DNA from: an uncultured Clostridia bacterium
GTDB taxonomy: Bacteria; Bacillota; Clostridia; Christensenellales; UBA1242
Reading direction: 5' to 3'
Length of the DNA: 64,000 nucleotides
Assembly (NCBI GenBank): GCA_944350115.1
Contig: CALVNZ010000001.1
Coordinates: 221,378 to 285,377, forward strand
The translations under genes and the position numbers were made by a program. This document shows, piece by piece, positions 10,453-19,464 of the stretch (its first letter is position 1; the number at the start of each line of letters is the position of its first letter). The notes under the pieces were generated by a model. It made no database searches. It was not told the DNA's origin and was given only the letters and a program-made list of their open reading frames with translations.

Positions 10453-10665
10453 ATCAAAACACTTTTGCAAACTTTAATGATTTAGAAAACAAATTAACCA
10501 TTCAATTATACATAGCCGACGTATATTTTAACAATTTTACATCAAATGACAATTTTCTTTTATGTTATGGTTACGGAACAGTTGCCTTCCCGGTTAAATT
10601 GTCCGAATTAAATTAAAAAATCAAGTTTAAACTTAAAATCGTTTAGAACTATCACAAATAAAAAA

Positions 10666-10699
10666 AGAATATTATCGCAAAAGATAATATTCTTTTTTT
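10666..10699. terminator. Rho-independent terminator
   Basis: 11-bp stem AGAATATTATC(10666-10676)/GATAATATTCT(10683-10693), A-run before, T-run after. Confidence 0.7.
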
Positions 10700-10776
10700 G
10701 CAAAGGTTTAAAACGATTTAAGCGAAAACGATTTTAAAAATTATGTTGTTGTTTATTAAATATTAATTAGTAAATT

Positions 10777-11643
10777 TTAATATGGGCTTTTTAGTGTCCT
10801 AAACTTTTCATTAGTTTCCCAAAGATGTTTTAATTTGTCAAAATTTTTATCTGGCTCGAGCATCAGCTTCGCAAGATTGTCAATATCTTTATAATCCTCA
10901 TTTGTCAATTTGTCAAAGTTATCTCCATAAATAAAATCTGGTGCATATTTATATGGCAATTCGATATTCATCAAAGCGTTGAAATCTAAAAACAAAGCAT
11001 GTGCAAAAATGTCTATTCCTTTATGTGAAGTATATTTTAGATATTTTTCTAAATTCTTAATTTCACCTTTTCTCGCTTTTAGCCATAATTGGGCAGGATA
11101 TTCAAATTCGTCTTTTATGTCATACAGGTTAACATTTTGATCGTGCGTCCTTGTATGGTCTTGAATTTCAGCATCTATTCTAATCCAACGCTTTTCTTTT
11201 TCTTCCCAATATTCGTTTATCCAATGGTCAACAATAAAGTCTTCATAAATGTATGGAGCGAAACCGCTTCTGCATCTGCAAGGGATGCCTTTTGCTTTCA
11301 TTATTGATGAAAATAATATCGAAATATACCTGCAAGTTACAACAATGCGTTTTTCAAACAATTTTTTATAATAAAATCCTTTTTCATCTAATCTAAAGAC
11401 TTCACTTGTCATTGCTGTTGCAGTATTCAATGCATCATACAAACAGTTGTACCACACAAAATTTTTGCTTATTTCTTCTTTCGTATATGTGCGAAAAACT
11501 CGCATTTTATGAATATGCTGGTCACACACCAAATCTCTTAATTTATTTATATCGTTCGGCAATGATATATAATAATCTTTAAATGGCCCAGCGTTTGTGT
11601 AAAATGAAACTTTTTTATAAAAATCTTTAATTTTCTTGTTCAT
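10777..11643 (-). CDS. Transglutaminase-like cysteine peptidase superfamily protein (paralog 1)
   Basis: TCRYISILFSSIMKAKGIPCRCRSGFAPYIY...DHWINEYW...WIRIDAE gives a Cys-His-Asp core pattern. Clear paralog of 14723-15655. No signal peptide. Confidence 0.65.
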   Translation of the reverse strand: MNKKIKDFYKKVSFYTNAGPFKDYYISLPNDINKLRDLVCDQHIHKMRVFRTYTKEEISKNFVWYNCLYDALNTATAMTSEVFRLDEKGFYYKKLFEKRIVVTCRYISILFSSIMKAKGIPCRCRSGFAPYIYEDFIVDHWINEYWEEKEKRWIRIDAEIQDHTRTHDQNVNLYDIKDEFEYPAQLWLKARKGEIKNLEKYLKYTSHKGIDIFAHALFLDFNALMNIELPYKYAPDFIYGDNFDKLTNEDYKDIDNLAKLMLEPDKNFDKLKHLWETNEKFRTLKSPY

Positions 11644-11880
11644 AAACTCTCCTTAAACAACTATAACAAAAACAAAAACTATTTGCAAGAACATAGAAAG
11701 AAAATTTATCGTAAATGTAAAAGGGCGCTTGTGAAAGTCAAGTGCGTTTCTCTTTACTAAAAAATAAAACCTTGCAAAAAGCAAATACCGGAGATTTTAA
11801 TAAATAAAAAATTTGTTTTATATTTTTAATGTTTCTTGTATTTTCTTATATCAAAAATTACCAATAATGTGCTAGTATAT

Positions 11881-12531
11881 CTAAATTCTGGTTTTTTCAG
11901 CTTTCTCTAATTCTCTTTTTACAAATTTTTTAAGAATTTGTGTTTTATCTGCACCTATTTTTATTGCTGTTTTTGTATGTAAAGAGTTGTATTTTGGAAT
12001 GTTTGTGTTATGCAAATAATGACATGCTGAAATAGGATTAATGTCTGGAATATATTCTTCACATTCTAATGGATAGTTTAAATTTACGATTGGTATATTG
12101 TTGGCCTTGCAATACTTTAATGTTCTTTCTAATCCTATTTTACCAATTGAATCAAGCGCATCTGCATCTTGAACAATTTTGGTCTCTAAAGAATAATTTT
12201 TGTTTTGTTTATCACTATGATTTTTAACGATTTCTAATATTTCATTTAGTTTGTTTTTATCTACATCGCAATCCAAAAGAATTCTTTTTACCACATCAAT
12301 GCTGTCTTCGGGGGGAACAAACTCCCCTTTTTGGTCTGACATAAGTCTATGCACATCGTGAACAAGTGCTGACACTGCTATAACATACAAATCTCCACCT
12401 TCATGTTTTTGTAAGTAAACAGCAGTTTTTAAAACTCTTTTTAAATGTAAAATATCATGACCCGTGTTTTCATCTTCAAACATGTCATAAATGCGTTTTT
12501 TTATTTTTTTTAAAAATTTAGTAAATTTCAT
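11881..12531 (-). CDS. HD-domain phosphohydrolase
   Basis: GHDILHLKRV ... ALVHDVHR ... DADALDSIG, the H..HD..D metal-binding pattern. Confidence 0.7.
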   Translation of the reverse strand: MKFTKFLKKIKKRIYDMFEDENTGHDILHLKRVLKTAVYLQKHEGGDLYVIAVSALVHDVHRLMSDQKGEFVPPEDSIDVVKRILLDCDVDKNKLNEILEIVKNHSDKQNKNYSLETKIVQDADALDSIGKIGLERTLKYCKANNIPIVNLNYPLECEEYIPDINPISACHYLHNTNIPKYNSLHTKTAIKIGADKTQILKKFVKRELEKAEKTRI

Positions 12532-12604
12532 CGCATCACCAAAATACTAAAGTTTTTTGTAATTACCACAACTTTATATTATAATAAATTGAGAAAAATA
12601 AAAA

Positions 12605-13135
12605 ATGAATTTAATAGTTGCAGTTTCAAATAATTATGGAATCGGGAAAAATAATGGCTTGTTATTTAATTTGCCTTCGGATTTGAAATATTTTAAAGCC
12701 AAAACATTAAACAAAGTTGTCGTGATGGGCAAAAAAACTTTTCTTTCTTTGCCTAAACGCCCGTTGCCAAACAGAACAAATATTGTTTTAACTCATGACA
12801 GAAGTTTCACAGCACTAGGCATTATTATTGTTCATGACTTAAATGAATTGTTTGCCGAACTTGAAAAATATGACTCTGACGATGTTTTTGTTTGTGGCGG
12901 AGCACAGGTTTACAATGCTTTAATGCCTTATTGTAAAACTGCATTTGTAACTTTTATAAACGATTCCGCGCCAGCAGACACACACATCAATAATTTGGAA
13001 GAAAACGGCTTTTATATTGAAGAACAATCTGAAATGTTGCATGAAAATGGGCTTGACTTTAGTTTTGCAATTTTAAGAAATCCTATGCCGAAGTCTTTTC
13101 AAAAAGGTCAAAATGAGACAACTTTTTCTTTGTAA
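12605..13135 (+). CDS. folA: Dihydrofolate reductase
   Basis: MNLIVAVSNNYGIGKNNGLLFNLPSDLKYFKAKT...VVMGKKTFLSLP...RTNIVLT...VCGGAQVY. Confidence 0.9.
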   Translation: MNLIVAVSNNYGIGKNNGLLFNLPSDLKYFKAKTLNKVVVMGKKTFLSLPKRPLPNRTNIVLTHDRSFTALGIIIVHDLNELFAELEKYDSDDVFVCGGAQVYNALMPYCKTAFVTFINDSAPADTHINNLEENGFYIEEQSEMLHENGLDFSFAILRNPMPKSFQKGQNETTFSL

Positions 13136-13138
13136 ACT

Positions 13139-13555
13139 TTATTGTTTTTTTCCACACTCTTTGCAAAATGATGAATCAGCGTCTATTTCAGCACCACAAT
13201 ATTTACAATATTTTGTGTCTTTGAAGCCTTTTTTTATCGATTTAGACACCTTCGTTATTGCCTCACCTGAAATGTCTGCTTTTGCAGAGGCGATGTCTGT
13301 CAAATCTTCCTTGTTTTCCTCTTGAATATATTTTTGCGTTTTGGTTGAAAGTTTTGCAATTTCAGGGCTAAAACCTGTAAATATAAAAACAAAAGCTAAA
13401 AACAAACCAATGCAGGTCATAGGACCTCCAATTACAAAATAATTGTTATCAAAATTTCCAAATCCTAGCACTGTAAGCACAATTCCTGCAACGCCAACAC
13501 AAGCAAAAACTACTCCTAAAATTTTTAAAACAATAAGATGTTTTGGTTTTTTCAT
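13139..13555 (-). CDS. Membrane protein with C-terminal zinc ribbon
   Basis: Two N-terminal TM helices. C-terminus is CKYCGAEIDADSSFCKECG (CxxC-N10-CxxC). Confidence 0.6.
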   Translation of the reverse strand: MKKPKHLIVLKILGVVFACVGVAGIVLTVLGFGNFDNNYFVIGGPMTCIGLFLAFVFIFTGFSPEIAKLSTKTQKYIQEENKEDLTDIASAKADISGEAITKVSKSIKKGFKDTKYCKYCGAEIDADSSFCKECGKKQ

Positions 13556-13582
13556 TGTTTTCTCCCTGTTTTTTTATTGTAT

Positions 13583-14410
13583 TTATTTAATTATATCATC
13601 ATTTATTTTTTTATTAAAGTCTTTTAAAAGTTCTTTAAATTCTTTAGGTAAATATTTTTTGGCAGTTGTTAAAATTTTTTTTGGAATATCTTTATAATAT
13701 GCTTCACTAATCGCCGCACATATTGACGTAATTGTGTCTGTATCTCCTCCAAACGAGACCGCATTTCTAATTGAATCTTCGAAACTATTTGAGTTAAGCA
13801 AACTGACCAGTGCTGGTCTTACCGTTTCTTTTGCATTGGAAGTGTTCTTATATCTTTTTCGATACTCATTTATATCAACTTTTAAATTGTAATGATAAGC
13901 CTTGCCGATATATTTTTTTAATTGTTTTAAATCGTAACCTTTTCTTAACAAGAATATACTTGTCGCCACCACCTTTGCGCCTTGCCTTCCCTCTGGCGTA
14001 TTATGCGTTGGTCGCACTGCTCTGGAAACCAAAAACCTTAACTGTTTCATATCTTTTGCATACCAGCCAATAGGGCTAGCTCTCATTGCTCCACCGTTGC
14101 CAGCACTGACCCTGTAATTTTTACAACCACTTTCCACCCAGTTGGCAAACCCGTTGCCATAAATCGTTGGCTTGGTGTCTGGAAATTTTCTATAAAAACT
14201 TTTAATTATTGAAAGCATTTTTTTTGATGTATGCTCACCTTCTATTAACCATTGCATCGTTGCAAAAGTCAAAATTGTATCATCAGAAAATTTGCTCCTT
14301 TTTGTGAACAATTCAAAATTTTTGGTTTTTTTATTGTATCTTTTATTTTCATGTGCGTAGGAATTGCCGATTATATCTCCTACGAAAAAACCATTCATGC
14401 TTTTCTCCAC
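13583..14410 (-). CDS. ADP-ribosylglycohydrolase family protein
   Basis: FSDDTILT, GNGGAMRASPIG, GGDTDTITSICAAISEAYY, matching DraG/ARH family signatures. Confidence 0.8.
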   Translation of the reverse strand: MEKSMNGFFVGDIIGNSYAHENKRYNKKTKNFELFTKRSKFSDDTILTFATMQWLIEGEHTSKKMLSIIKSFYRKFPDTKPTIYGNGFANWVESGCKNYRVSAGNGGAMRASPIGWYAKDMKQLRFLVSRAVRPTHNTPEGRQGAKVVATSIFLLRKGYDLKQLKKYIGKAYHYNLKVDINEYRKRYKNTSNAKETVRPALVSLLNSNSFEDSIRNAVSFGGDTDTITSICAAISEAYYKDIPKKILTTAKKYLPKEFKELLKDFNKKINDDIIK

Positions 14411-14722
14411 TTGACTTTTAATTATGTAAATCTGTCGGATATTTAGTTTTTTATCCTTGCAAATTTATTACAAAACATATAATAACACTCTCAAACAAAA
14501 ACAGCAAACACATTTTAGTTGTTTGCTGTTTATAAATATTTAAACACGTTTATTGAATAGTTCAGTCACCCTGTCTTGTCATCCAATTCCCACTAATTAA
14601 TGCCGAAGAAAATTAAAACGGGTTTCCAAATTCAATATTACAACCATGTTTTTACCCAAGATTTTTTATCTTAAGCCAAAACTTTAATTTTTAAAAATAT
14701 TTTGTTAAAATTATGTATTCTT

Positions 14723-15655
14723 TTAATCAAAATCTTTTTTATCAAGTTCTAGGTGCAAATATGAGTTGTTCAAAGAGCTCGCAACACTTCTAAACTTTTT
14801 ATTTGTTTCCCATATATTTTTTAGTTCATCAAAGTTCTCGTCAACGTTTTGCATAAGTTTTGCAAGACGATCTAATTCTTTTAAAGTTGTTTTTTTAAGC
14901 TTGCTAAGATCATCTTGACATTCCCACAAAAACACCGGCAAAGTAACATAGTTGATTTCATCATGAAAAAGCGCATGAAAATCCATCAAAAGACTCCATG
15001 CAAAAGTTGCGTCCCCAAAATGTTTTGTCCCATTAAGATAAGTTTCTTTATTTTCAAGTTTATTTTTTCGCATCAAAAGCCATGCATCGGCAGCCCAAAT
15101 AAATGCATGCTTAGGGAAATTGCAAACATTAAACTTTTTGCTTTTTATGTTGGCTTGAGAATCCACATTGACCCATTTATTAAAGTTTTTGTCATAATAT
15201 TGAACAATCCAATGGTCCACAACCCTATCATCATAAATATACGGAGCAAACCCGCTTCTACATCTACAAGGGATTCCTTTTGCTTTTAAAATAGATGCAT
15301 AAAGCACTGACACATATCTACAAGTTATAATCAATTTTTTATTTGGGTCTTGACTATTTTCAAGAAACGGGTTTTTACTTCCGTTGAGTCTAATTAATTC
15401 AGCCGTCATTGCTGGTGCAGTTAAAAGAACATCATCTAAACATCTATAATTTTGCCATTTATATTTCAAGTTTATTTTGTTATCGTTCTTCGATAAAAAA
15501 GAACGATATAAAGACATTTTGTGAATATGCTGTTTGTTAACAATTTCTCTTAGTTCATACAAATCGTCTGGCAAAGATTTATATAAATCTTGGTAAGGCC
15601 CAGCATTTGTATACATGCCGGTTTCTAAATAATGTTCAAGTATTTTTTTATCCAT
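14723..15655 (-). CDS. Transglutaminase-like cysteine peptidase superfamily protein (paralog 2)
   Basis: TCRYVSVLYASILKAKGIPCRCRSGFAPYIYDD..VDHWIVQYY...WVNVDSQ. Collinear similarity to 10777-11643. Confidence 0.65.
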   Translation of the reverse strand: MDKKILEHYLETGMYTNAGPYQDLYKSLPDDLYELREIVNKQHIHKMSLYRSFLSKNDNKINLKYKWQNYRCLDDVLLTAPAMTAELIRLNGSKNPFLENSQDPNKKLIITCRYVSVLYASILKAKGIPCRCRSGFAPYIYDDRVVDHWIVQYYDKNFNKWVNVDSQANIKSKKFNVCNFPKHAFIWAADAWLLMRKNKLENKETYLNGTKHFGDATFAWSLLMDFHALFHDEINYVTLPVFLWECQDDLSKLKKTTLKELDRLAKLMQNVDENFDELKNIWETNKKFRSVASSLNNSYLHLELDKKDFD

Positions 15656-15913
15656 TTCTTTTGCAACCTTTTATAAAACAAAATTTCGAAATCATTGTAT
15701 GAAAACTAAAAAACATTGTCAAGCAAATTTAATACTAACAAAACTTTTAATTTTCACAAAATAGAAAAAAATTTTATAAACCATTATTTTTTTATCAAGC
15801 GAGCAAAATTTCCTGAATATAAAAAAACTTGATTTAAGTTTTAATAAACACACAAAAACAAAAATTGTTATTTAGGTTAAAATAGCATTTTTATAATTTC
15901 AAAATTTAATTTT

Positions 15914-16537
15914 TTATCTTTCTAGTGCAATGCACAATTCGTCCATCATTTTGTTATGAGCTTTTGTGTCTTGTCTTTTCCCCAAAACGAGTCCGCGAAA
16001 GTAAGGCACAAAAACGTTTTTACCTCCCACAGGATGAGACAATTGTATTTTTTGGGAAGTGTAAGACCTTTCAATATGCTTGCTTGTTGGGCCAACTAAA
16101 ACCCACTCGCCATTAAAATAACATTCACAAAAGCTATGACCAAAGTGTCTATCGCAATCTTTACTATTTTTTAATTTTTGCAACCAATCATATTCTGCTG
16201 TGTGCAATAGAGTCGTTGGTATGTTCAATTGTCGCGCAAAAGTCGCATATAGAATCGCAAAGTCGGTGCAACCGCTTGCCTTTTTGCTTTCCCAAATTTC
16301 TTGAGCTGTTCGCATAAATTTTAACTTTTGAATTTCTTTATCGGCACAATATTTTACATTCGCATGAATCCATAAATATATGCTTTCCAAAAAATGAGCG
16401 CTTTTTTCATCCTTATGTTTGTGCTTTAAATCCGGCATTACTTTTTCATAAACAAATTCTTTTGATAAAAAAGGTTGGGTTAATGCCCCACTTTGAAGAT
16501 ATAAAGCAACATCTTCTGTTTTGTTTAATTTTTCCAT
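15914..16537 (-). CDS. Transglutaminase-like domain protein (divergent third member)
   Basis: GCTDFAILYATFARQLNIPTTLLH ... HSFCECYFNGEWVLVGPT. Cys and His motifs are present, but Gly sits where the usual DPT Asp is expected. Confidence 0.5.
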   Translation of the reverse strand: MEKLNKTEDVALYLQSGALTQPFLSKEFVYEKVMPDLKHKHKDEKSAHFLESIYLWIHANVKYCADKEIQKLKFMRTAQEIWESKKASGCTDFAILYATFARQLNIPTTLLHTAEYDWLQKLKNSKDCDRHFGHSFCECYFNGEWVLVGPTSKHIERSYTSQKIQLSHPVGGKNVFVPYFRGLVLGKRQDTKAHNKMMDELCIALER

Positions 16538-16657
16538 TCGTTATTCTCCTGATTGAGACTTCAGGCTATTTTAACATTAAAATTACGTAAATATGTTTTT
16601 ATTTTCAATAGAACAAAAAAAACTGACAAAAACAGAATGTGTTCTTATCAGTTTCTC

Positions 16658-16669
16658 TTGGCGGAAAGA
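16658..16669. repeat. Left att-like direct repeat (displaced tRNA-Ser 3'-end remnant)
   Basis: TTGGCGGAAAGA, 11/12 identical to 23655-23666. On the minus strand it is followed by a stem (AAACTGA...TCAGTTT) plus a T-run that could be the native tRNA terminator. Confidence 0.5.
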
Positions 16670-16732
16670 CCGATAACCAATCCTAACATTCACACATATG
16701 TTGGGAGTGGATGGATAAAATTTGTGAGTTAT

Positions 16733-17725
16733 TTAAAAAGGTAAATAATCATCGTCTTTTTCATTGTTTCCTTGTAATTGAGAAAGTAAATTTTTACATT
16801 GAGCTAATAACATATCATACGATAAAATTTGTATGTTATTTAATCTACTATTTAGTGAGTGTAAAGATTTTATCATTTCGGGTGTATAATTATTTGTTCT
16901 ACCTATGATAATGATTGATTTAGGATTATACCCCTTTATTTCCTCATGTTTATGTAAACCTCTTTCTGCCACTTCATCAAATATTTCTGCATAATTTACT
17001 ACTTGACTTATCGCCATAGCAGCTTCTTCGGCAAAGTAATAGTTATTATGAGAAGCGTCATACTTTAAAATCTGTGCTGATGGTTTTTTAAATTCAACTA
17101 TATCTCTAAAATCATTTACAGCATTTTTTAGTAACGCATCAACTTTTTCTGCATTAGAAATTGTATGTATTTCTTCAGTTAAAACATAGTAGTTGCCATA
17201 TGCCCAAGTGTTTTCTTTACACCAATTTTCAAAAGGTTTTTCTTTATCAGGACTAGTTTCAAGTAAATTTTCAAATTCTACTATTGCTTTTTCGATCTCA
17301 GTTATTTTTATGGCATTTTTTAAGTTAGAAATGCTTTGTTTATCAAACTCCCCACTTTTAAACAATTCACATAAATCATCACTTTTTAATAATTGAGTAA
17401 GAATTTTTGATTTCTGGCTGGTGTTCTTGGAAATAATAATTGTATCCAAATCTTTGCTTTGTAGTTCTGTTGTGGTTTGAATAAAATCATATAGGTTTTC
17501 AATTTTATCAGAATAGATATTCCAATTTCCAGAACTAACAACATTAAAATTTCCAGAATAGTCTTTTTCTAGTAATTCTAATTTATAATATTGTTCATCG
17601 TCTTTTGTATTATGATGTACATAAAGTGGTGTTAATTTTATTCTCCTTGTTTTTGTGCAGTATATTATAAGTGCTTCAGATTTTTTTATACTTTCATTTG
17701 ATGTTAGAACTTTTTTGCTCATCAA
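16733..17725 (-). CDS. Shedu-like (DUF4263) PD-(D/E)xK nuclease, anti-phage defence candidate
   Basis: C-terminal half: FENWCKENTWAYGNYY...VDALLKNAVNDFRDIVEFKKP (D...ExK) ... KSIIIIGRTNNYTPEMIKSLHSLNSRLNNIQILSYDMLL. This matches my recollection of the SduA/DUF4263 layout. Confidence 0.6.
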   Translation of the reverse strand: MMSKKVLTSNESIKKSEALIIYCTKTRRIKLTPLYVHHNTKDDEQYYKLELLEKDYSGNFNVVSSGNWNIYSDKIENLYDFIQTTTELQSKDLDTIIISKNTSQKSKILTQLLKSDDLCELFKSGEFDKQSISNLKNAIKITEIEKAIVEFENLLETSPDKEKPFENWCKENTWAYGNYYVLTEEIHTISNAEKVDALLKNAVNDFRDIVEFKKPSAQILKYDASHNNYYFAEEAAMAISQVVNYAEIFDEVAERGLHKHEEIKGYNPKSIIIIGRTNNYTPEMIKSLHSLNSRLNNIQILSYDMLLAQCKNLLSQLQGNNEKDDDYLPF

Positions 17726-17785
17726 TTTCTCCTTAAAACTAGTTCTAGTATATCATATTTTATTTGAGATTTAAAGTCTTGTATT

Positions 17786-17822
17786 AAAAAAGAAGAAGTA
17801 TATTTCAACTTCTTCTCTTTTT
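17786..17822. terminator. Bidirectional Rho-independent terminator
   Basis: Stem AGAAGAAGT(17791-17799)/ACTTCTTCT(17808-17816) between an A-run and a T-run. Separates the 79-aa ORF from the Shedu-like gene. Confidence 0.65.
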
Positions 17823-17825
17823 GCT

Positions 17826-18065
17826 TTATTGATTGTTTTGCAAATGAGTATAAACTGCATTTGCTGATAGGGTTGAAAAGTTACCATTTGTTTCGGCAAA
17901 GGTTTTTAAATCATGAGCAAGAAGAAAAGATATTTTCTCTATCTGCTTTGAGTTTAAATTGACTTTACCTAATTTTAGTTCGTTTGAATTAAAATCAAAA
18001 ACAGCAGTGTTTTCATCTATATCTTTACAATCAATAAAACATTGATTGTTATTCGTTTTTCTCAT
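17826..18065 (-). CDS. Hypothetical 79-aa protein
   Basis: ORF only. No convincing Shine-Dalgarno and no recognisable motif. Confidence 0.3.
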   Translation of the reverse strand: MRKTNNNQCFIDCKDIDENTAVFDFNSNELKLGKVNLNSKQIEKISFLLAHDLKTFAETNGNFSTLSANAVYTHLQNNQ

Positions 18066-18163
18066 AATTACTTACTAAAAAGCGAATAACACCGAAAAAC
18101 ACATGGACTATTTAAAGTCCATAGTTATTATAACATATTTCTTTCCAATTTTCTATATTTTTG

Positions 18164-18320
18164 ACAAAAAAAGACAAGTGGGTATCCCACTTGGTCTAAT
18201 AAGGGGAAATGACTCAAAAGTGAAACTTTGGCTTTTTAGGGGTGAATCATCAGAAAGGCTTATTATATAAGGTTTCTTCACCCCTAAAAAACGATTTTGA
18301 GTCTATTTCCTTATCCTGCT
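18164..18320 (-). ncRNA. Candidate structured small RNA or leader (long imperfect hairpin followed by a strong terminator)
   Basis: Outer arms GACTCAAAA(18211-18219)/TTTTGAGTC(18295-18303). Inner 14-bp arms TTTTTAGGGGTGAA(18233-18246)/TTCACCCCTAAAAA(18277-18290). On the minus strand this is followed by stem GACCAAGTGGG/CCCACTTGTC(18173-18196) plus T7. A second minus-strand terminator-like hairpin lies at 18103-18122. The 5' end and promoter are not defined. Confidence 0.25.
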
Positions 18321-18345
18321 TCTAATTATTTTTATAAAAAAATTC

Positions 18346-18383
18346 AAAAAATAGCGGATTTTTTAATCCAATTATGATATAAT
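18346..18383 (+). promoter_or_regulatory. Promoter of the methyltransferase operon, with a cassette-specific upstream motif
   Basis: AAAAATAGCGGA, then 19 nt, then TATAATGG, with TG at -15/-14 (TGATATAAT, 18375-18383). RBS AAGGAG lies before ATG 18412. Same architecture as 22082-22118. Confidence 0.5.
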
Positions 18384-18411
18384 GGTTTTAGATTTTAAGG
18401 AGTGATGTTTA

Positions 18412-19464
18412 ATGGATAAATACAAAGTTGTAGATTTGTTTTGTGGTATAGGAGGGTTTTCTTATGGCTTTGAAATGACAAATAAATTCGATGTCGTTTT
18501 AGGTGCAGATATATGGGGAACAGCTCTTAATACTTTCAAGGAAAATCATAAAAATACAGAATTGATTAATGAAGATTTAACGAAACTCCCTGATGATTTT
18601 TGGTATAAATATAAAAATAAAATTGATGTTGTTATTGCTGGTCCCCCTTGTCAAGGATTTAGTATGATAGGACAAAGAAAAAAAGATGACAAAAGAAACT
18701 CTTTATTTGAAGAAGTTGTAAGAGTTACTAAAATTATTCGACCTAAGATAGTTGTTATTGAAAATGTTGTAGGATTACTATCAATGACAACAAAAGACGG
18801 AAAAGATGTAAAAGAATTAATCAAAGAAGAATTTGAGAACCTTAAATATTCAGTTAAGTATAGAGTTCTCAATGCTGCAGATTATGGTGTTCCTCAGCAA
18901 AGAAAAAGGGTTATTTTTATAATAACTCAGAATGTATATAATGTTGATTATCCTAAACCAAAATTAAAAGAAGAAGATTATGTTACTGTTGGAGAAGCTT
19001 TGGGGAACGTTGATCCTAATGGGGATTATTATCTTATTCCTACTTGCGATTTTCAAAAGTTGATGGCAGGACGAAAAGATATTTGTAATCATATTAGAAG
19101 AAAATCAAATGAACTTGTTACTAAAAGAATGTCTTTTATTCCCCAAGGTGGGAATTGGCAGAATATTCCAAAGGAATTAGGAACTGGTGGTGGAACTTAT
19201 AGTAATGCTTATCGAAGATTAGATAATAATAAACCATCAATAACTATAAAGCATGCAGCAAAAGCAATGATAATACATCCAACAGAAAACCGAATTTTAA
19301 CCGTTAGAGAATGTGCGAGATTACAATCGTTTGATGATAATTTTGTTCTAACAGGGAATAATTCTGATCAGCATCAACAACTAGCTAATGCTGTTCCTCC
19401 ATTACTTGGAAAAGCAATTGCAGAAGAAATTTACAAAGGATTGGTAAATAAAAACAATGTATAA
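18412..19464 (+). CDS. DNA (cytosine-5)-methyltransferase 1
   Basis: Motif I DLFCGIGGFS, motif IV PPCQGFS, ENVVGL, QQRKRVIF, TVRECARLQSFDD, ANAVPP. Confidence 0.95.
   Translation: MDKYKVVDLFCGIGGFSYGFEMTNKFDVVLGADIWGTALNTFKENHKNTELINEDLTKLPDDFWYKYKNKIDVVIAGPPCQGFSMIGQRKKDDKRNSLFEEVVRVTKIIRPKIVVIENVVGLLSMTTKDGKDVKELIKEEFENLKYSVKYRVLNAADYGVPQQRKRVIFIITQNVYNVDYPKPKLKEEDYVTVGEALGNVDPNGDYYLIPTCDFQKLMAGRKDICNHIRRKSNELVTKRMSFIPQGGNWQNIPKELGTGGGTYSNAYRRLDNNKPSITIKHAAKAMIIHPTENRILTVRECARLQSFDDNFVLTGNNSDQHQQLANAVPPLLGKAIAEEIYKGLVNKNNV

Noticed and set aside
16553-16744. 63-aa plus-strand ORF at the left cassette boundary could be a gene.
   Set aside because: It has no RBS and spans a terminator-like region. 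It is of interest only because its last 28 codons are the frame that would extend the recombinase ORF after circularisation.
18209-18223. AAGGGGAA followed by ATG looked like an SD-start pair in the cassette spacer.
   Set aside because: The ORF is only 4 codons (MTQK, then stop). The G-run is more plausibly part of the RNA or DNA structure.
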